Shown one piece after another: positions 59,903 through 64,000 of a stretch of DNA of 64,000 bases. Numbering within the stretch: position 1 is the stretch's first letter; every line of letters begins with the position of its first letter. The DNA is taken from positions 83,706 through 147,705 of the forward strand of contig JADBKU010000028.1 of the NCBI GenBank assembly GCA_014896235.1, written 5' to 3'. The DNA is from a bacterium (lineage in GTDB: Bacteria > Desulfobacterota > Binatia > Binatales > Binataceae). The notes under the pieces are model-generated. The model was not told the DNA's origin, did no database searches, and saw only the letters and a program-made list of their open reading frames with translations. The translations under genes were made by a program, and so were the position numbers.

Positions 59903-61474
59903 TCAACGCATCATGAATTCCGGACTGCCAAGGATCAGCGGCGCACGCAATCGCGGCGGCGCCTGTTCGACCGCGGCTGCCGTGTTCGGCGTGAACAGAT
60001 CGCCAAGCGTCATCGCCAGCGCCGCCGGATCGGGCGGCGCTGGTCGATTGATGAATTCCGCCGGCCGCATCGCCGGACCTTCCGCCGCGCCGCCGGGACT
60101 GCCGGCCGCATAATCTTGCAGCGGCCGATTCAGCGGCAGCCGGCCCGCGCCGAGTGCCGTCGCGAAGCTGAGCCGCATCATCATCCCGTCGGGATTGAGC
60201 CACGCCTCGCGCGTATTGCTGTATCCGTTCGGCGTCTGGCATCCGAACAGCGGCATCCCCATCATCGCCATCGCACCCGCCAGCGGCCGCGTGTTGACCA
60301 CCTCGACGCCGGCCGCGCGGGCGCACGAAATCACGTATTCGTAGGGCGTCTTGAACTTCGTTCCGCGATAGCGCGGGTCGGAAAATTCCGCGCTCATGAA
60401 CATCGTTTCGAGCACGGCGCGAATCTCGCCGCCGCTTTGCAGGTACCGGCGCGCCATCCGCTCGACCAGCGCGTCCGGCGGCGCGTCGGCGACGAAATAT
60501 TGCGCCAGTTGGAAGCTCAGGTGCTTCGCGGTCGCAGGGCTCTCCGCCAGCAGGTCGAGCGCGCGTTCGCCCTCGGCCATCCCGCCGCCCGCGATTTTGC
60601 GCCCGAGGAAAAGCTTGTCGCTGTAATCGTGGCGGCGCGGATAGAAACGGAAGCCGTACGCATCCGCGGCGCCGCCGCCGTCGTCCGCGCGCCGCCGCGC
60701 GAAGCGGCCAAACCATCCGCCGCCGCCCATCCCGCCGAAACCACCCATCCGCGCCGCGAATCCGGGACGCTCGATACTCCATCCGGTCAGGATATGCGCG
60801 AGCGCGATTACGTCGTCCTGATGGTAGCCGCCGTTGACGCCCAGCGTATGCAGCTCCATCACCTCGCGCGCGTAGTTCTCGTTGATGCCGTCGAATTTGC
60901 CGCGCGCGCCCGGCGAACCCGGCGCGGTGTTCTGCCAGTTGTCGAGATAAAAGAGCATCGCCGGATGCTTCGCGGTCGCGCCCAGCAGATCGCGAAAGCG
61001 GCCCAGCGTGTGCGGCCGGATCGCCTCCTCTTCGAACGCGCCGATCCAGATCGAACAGAGTCCCTTGCCGGCGAAGACATTGAAGTGATTGAACCAGAAG
61101 GCCGTCAGCACTTCCTGAAGCTGGCGCGGGCCGTAGATCGCGCGCACGATTCGCGCATAGACGGCTTCCTGCACCACCTGCCGCGCCGCGCGGCGCGCGG
61201 CTTTCTTCGCCTCGACGTCGCCCTTCGCCGCTTCGCGAATCGGTTCCTGGAACTCCGCAAACAACTCTGGCGGCGTCATGCCGAGCGTCCGGATGCCGCG
61301 GATTTGAGCGGTCAACTCCGGCGGAATCGGAATCGAGTCCGGATCAAGCTGCCGTTCGAGATAAGCGCGCGCTCCCGATTCGGCGACCGCGGCGACCTCG
61401 CCCGGACGCGGCCCGAAAGCCGCCCGATTGAGCGCGTGCAACGCCGCCGCCTTGTCGTTCGATGCGCTCATCAC
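59903..61474 (-). CDS. DUF1800 domain protein
   Basis: 523 aa. The N-terminal LNRAAFGPRPGE region is characteristic of DUF1800, which pairs with DUF1501. Confidence 0.65.
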   Translation of the reverse strand: MMSASNDKAAALHALNRAAFGPRPGEVAAVAESGARAYLERQLDPDSIPIPPELTAQIRGIRTLGMTPPELFAEFQEPIREAAKGDVEAKKAARRAARQVVQEAVYARIVRAIYGPRQLQEVLTAFWFNHFNVFAGKGLCSIWIGAFEEEAIRPHTLGRFRDLLGATAKHPAMLFYLDNWQNTAPGSPGARGKFDGINENYAREVMELHTLGVNGGYHQDDVIALAHILTGWSIERPGFAARMGGFGGMGGGGWFGRFARRRADDGGGAADAYGFRFYPRRHDYSDKLFLGRKIAGGGMAEGERALDLLAESPATAKHLSFQLAQYFVADAPPDALVERMARRYLQSGGEIRAVLETMFMSAEFSDPRYRGTKFKTPYEYVISCARAAGVEVVNTRPLAGAMAMMGMPLFGCQTPNGYSNTREAWLNPDGMMMRLSFATALGAGRLPLNRPLQDYAAGSPGGAAEGPAMRPAEFINRPAPPDPAALAMTLGDLFTPNTAAAVEQAPPRLRAPLILGSPEFMMR

Positions 61475-61507
61475 TGACGCCCTTCGGTGTCCGCGCTTGC
61501 TTCCGAA

Positions 61508-62170
61508 CTAGTTCGCGTCCGCGCGATGATGCGCGCGGTCCCACCGGGTCTCGCTGCGATTGTAAAGATGTTCGCGATGCATGAAGCGGTCGGGATGATC
61601 GCGGAAGGCGTCGGCCGCGCGCGGATGGTTCTGCATCCATTCGCGCAGTTCCGGATGTTGCGCCAGATACTGCTGATTGTCGATCAGATGCGGATTGGCG
61701 CTGAGCTGCTTGGCCACGTCCGGATGCCGATCCAGATACCCATCGAAGTCGCGCACGTAGCCGTGATGCTCGCCGTATTCGGTCGGCGGAGTCATCCCGC
61801 CCGGTCCTTCGCCGTGCCGCTGTTCCCATCCGGCTTCGCTGCGATTGTAAAGGTGTTCGCGATGCATGAAGCGATCGGGATGATCGCGGAAGGCGTCGGC
61901 CGCGCGCGGATGGCGCTGCATCCATTCGCGCAGTTCCGGATGCTGCGAGAGATATTGCGGATTATCGATCAGATGCGGATTGGCGCTGAGCTGCTTGGCC
62001 ACGTCCGGATGGCGATCCAGGTACCGGTCGAAGTCGCGCACGTACCCGTGATGCTCGCCGTATGCGGTCGGCGGCGCCATTCCCCCCGGTCCGCCTTCCT
62101 GCGCTATCGCGGGCGCCGCCAAAGCGATTCCCATCGCCATCGCCGTAGCCAAGGTTACAAGACGTTTCAT
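61508..62170 (-). CDS. Secreted His/Arg-rich protein with two tandem ~95-aa repeats
   Basis: Signal peptide MKRLVTLATAMAMGIALAAPAIAQ. Two near-identical modules GPGGM.PPT.YGEHHGYVRDFD.YLDRHPDVAKQLSANPHLIDN.QYL.QHPELREWMQ.HPRAADAFRDHPDRFMHREHLYNRSE. Confidence 0.55.
   Translation of the reverse strand: MKRLVTLATAMAMGIALAAPAIAQEGGPGGMAPPTAYGEHHGYVRDFDRYLDRHPDVAKQLSANPHLIDNPQYLSQHPELREWMQRHPRAADAFRDHPDRFMHREHLYNRSEAGWEQRHGEGPGGMTPPTEYGEHHGYVRDFDGYLDRHPDVAKQLSANPHLIDNQQYLAQHPELREWMQNHPRAADAFRDHPDRFMHREHLYNRSETRWDRAHHRADAN
61551..62120. repeat. Intragenic tandem direct repeat, 2 x ~285 bp, ~95% identical
   Basis: Unit 1 (~61551-61835) and unit 2 (~61836-62120) align nearly base-for-base, for example tcgctgcgattgtaaagatgttcgcgatgcatgaagcggtcgggatgatcgcggaaggcgtcggccgcgcgcggatgg against tcgctgcgattgtaaaggtgttcgcgatgcatgaagcgatcgggatgatcgcggaaggcgtcggccgcgcgcggatgg. 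Confidence 0.8.
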
Positions 62171-62257
62171 GGTTGCGTTAGCCTCCTGCGAATTTATACG
62201 CAGCAGGCCGCGCGATTGTTTCAGCGGGTTGGATGGATGTTCGGAACGCGGCCGGCG

Positions 62258-62758
62258 TCAGCGCGACGCCCGGCCCCACGCCTCGATCAGGCTCTCGAAG
62301 GCGCGGCGCAACTCGGGATCTTTCAATTCGGGCAGCTCGATCGCATGCCGGGTGGGGCGCGGCACCGTCCGCAGCCGCGGACGCTCGCGCCGGCTCAGCC
62401 GGCCTTGCACGAAGCGAATGTCGCGGACGGTATCGTTGCCCAGCGCGTCGTTAAGGCGCGAAAGAATCTGCGGCTTCATCAGGTTGAGCTCTTGAATCCA
62501 CATCGCGCCGGAAACCTTGACCGTCGCGACGTGAAACTTGAGCCCCGCCACCTGCGTCCGCCGCGCGATCGTCTCGCCCACCGCATCCGGCCACAGCCGC
62601 ATCAGCCGCACGATCTCGAAATGGCCTTCGGTATCAAGCCGGGCGAGAATTTCCTGCAGCGGACCGCCGATCTGCTGGGGGTATTTGCGCCGCGCCGGAA
62701 CCACCATGCGCTCAAGATAGCGCTTCCCGATCGGCGCCGCGACCGGATCTCGCAACAC
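62258..62758 (-). CDS. DUF721 (DciA-like) protein
   Basis: WPDAVGETIARRTQVAGLKFHVATVKVSGAMWIQELNLMKPQILSRLNDALGNDTVRDIRFVQG matches the DUF721 pattern. The start is ambiguous. Confidence 0.5.
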   Translation of the reverse strand: MLRDPVAAPIGKRYLERMVVPARRKYPQQIGGPLQEILARLDTEGHFEIVRLMRLWPDAVGETIARRTQVAGLKFHVATVKVSGAMWIQELNLMKPQILSRLNDALGNDTVRDIRFVQGRLSRRERPRLRTVPRPTRHAIELPELKDPELRRAFESLIEAWGRASR

Positions 62759-62976
62759 GCTCGCAATCCGCCCGTAACTTTATGCTCAGCCCGGCGGCCC
62801 CTCGTACGGACCTTTCGGTCGGTTGCGGGCGCGGCCTGCAAGTCGCATCGTTCCCTCCGGGCAAAACGCCAAAGATGTCGATAAAAGCTAAAGTCGGGCA
62901 TTAAAGATGCTAATGATTCACGATGTGGCAACGAATCGGAACTAAAGGCGGCGAAGATCTGTGCAAGAGTTATCAA

Positions 62977-63060
62977 CAACCTGATATTGTGTTATTAACA
63001 GGTTATTCTATACCACAGGTTGCGTAATGAGCTTGACACAAACGTCCTCCGAGCATAATT
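62977..63060 (+). promoter_or_regulatory. Putative nrdJ promoter/operator: inverted repeat CAACCTG-N32-CAGGTTG with an NrdR-box-like half-site, then TTGACA-N15-CATAAT
   Basis: CAACCTG (62977-62983) and CAGGTTG (63016-63022). TATTGTGT (62985-62992) matches the right half of the remembered NrdR box consensus. TTGACA at 63034-63039 with a -10-like CATAAT. Lies in a lower-GC leader about 120-200 nt upstream of nrdJ ATG 63181. Confidence 0.3.
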
Positions 63061-63180
63061 CCGTCATGTCGGATTCGCGGATGTGGCGGCGGCAGAGGTT
63101 TTGAACCGGCGGCAAGCAGTTTAACCAGCCAAACCGGTCCAGAACGTGCTGGGCGGGGCGCAGGCGGGGAGATTTTAGTC

Positions 63181-64000
63181 ATGGCGCAGAGTATCGAAAA
63201 CCCTGAACGACACCTGATCGATAATTCGGCGAAAACGCCCGACGCCGCCCGCAAACGCGCGCCGGGTATCGCGCTCGAGCGCTTCTTCACCCGGCCCGGC
63301 GTCGATCCGATGTCGCAGGTCGAATGGGAGCTGCGCTCCGCGATCATTTCCGGCGAGGACGGCCGCGTCGTCTTCGAGCAGCGCGACGTCGAAGTTCCGC
63401 GCGCATGGTCGCAGACGGCCGTCAATGTCGTCGTCTCGAAATATTTTCGCGGTCCGATCGGCAGCCCGCGCCGCGAAATCAGCGTCCGCCAGTTGATCGC
63501 CCGCGTGGTCGATACGATCGCCGTCTGGGGCGAACGGCAGAACTATTTCGCCGGCGACGCCGCGCGCGACACGTTCAAAGCCGAACTCAGCTATCTGCTG
63601 ATCAACCAGATGGCCTCGTTCAACAGTCCGGTCTGGTTCAACGTCGGCATCGAGCCCAAGCCGCAATGCTCGGCCTGCTTCATTTTGAAGGTCGAGGACA
63701 ACATGGACTCGATCCTCAACTGGTACCGCAATGAAGGGATGATCTTCAAAGGCGGCTCCGGTTCGGGCGTGAATCTCTCCGCGCTGCGCTCCTGCCGCGA
63801 AAAGCTCTCGGCCGGCGGCACCGCGTCGGGACCGCTTTCGTTCATGAAGGCCGCCGACGCCTCGGCCGGCGTCATCAAGTCAGGCGGCAAGACCCGCCGC
63901 GCGGCCAAGATGGTCGTGCTCAACGCCGATCATCCGGACATCAAGGAATTCATCACCTGCAAGGTCGATGAGGAAAAGAAGGCGTGGGCGCTGATCGACG
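63181..64000 (+). CDS. nrdJ: Adenosylcobalamin-dependent ribonucleoside-diphosphate reductase (class II RNR), 5' partial
   Basis: ATG at 63181. The open frame runs off the window end, so it is not in the ORF track. Class II RNR N-terminal motifs: VSKYFRGP, NSPVWFNVG, CSACFIL, IFKGGSGSGVNLSALR, GGKTRRAAKMVVL. Confidence 0.8.
   Translation, partial: MAQSIENPERHLIDNSAKTPDAARKRAPGIALERFFTRPGVDPMSQVEWELRSAIISGEDGRVVFEQRDVEVPRAWSQTAVNVVVSKYFRGPIGSPRREISVRQLIARVVDTIAVWGERQNYFAGDAARDTFKAELSYLLINQMASFNSPVWFNVGIEPKPQCSACFILKVEDNMDSILNWYRNEGMIFKGGSGSGVNLSALRSCREKLSAGGTASGPLSFMKAADASAGVIKSGGKTRRAAKMVVLNADHPDIKEFITCKVDEEKKAWALID

Noticed and set aside
59627-61477. 616-aa plus-strand ORF antisense to the DUF1800 gene
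   Set aside because: Arg-rich antisense artefact.
62759-63180. Possible cobalamin riboswitch upstream of the RNR gene
   Set aside because: The downstream gene is the B12-dependent class II enzyme, which B12 riboswitches do not normally control. No B12-box-like GCCACTG element seen.

Overview
This is a high-GC (about 65-70% by eye) bacterial chromosomal segment, densely coded on both strands. I see no rRNA, tRNA, CRISPR array, transposase or integrase. Housekeeping genes are present (eno, a gpmI 5' part, recA, thpR/ligT, mtnA, a DEAD-box RNA helicase, the 5' end of class II RNR nrdJ). Accessory content includes a hicBA-like toxin-antitoxin pair next to a low-GC (about 48%) islet with an HTH-GIY-YIG nuclease, an RND efflux pump in permease-adaptor-OMF order, and two MFS transporters. 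Further accessory content: an amidohydrolase next to a cytoplasm-facing FeS-NrfD fusion and molybdopterin oxidoreductase; an XDH/CODH-family operon with two paralogous large subunits and a MoaD/ThiS-like gene between them; a split ACAD10/11-like kinase plus dehydrogenase pair; a DUF1800/DUF1501 operon; and a secreted protein with a 2 x 285 bp intragenic tandem repeat. The most unusual locus is 17.4-22 kb: eno, then a gpmI that loses its C-terminal domain and abuts a LuxE-like ORF, then a LuxC-like acyl reductase, a class III aminotransferase and an orphan histidine kinase, all on one strand with ATGA overlaps. That looks like an acid to aldehyde to amine module placed at a rearrangement or assembly junction. 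All functional calls rest on remembered family motifs and reading the translations by eye; no database searches were possible.
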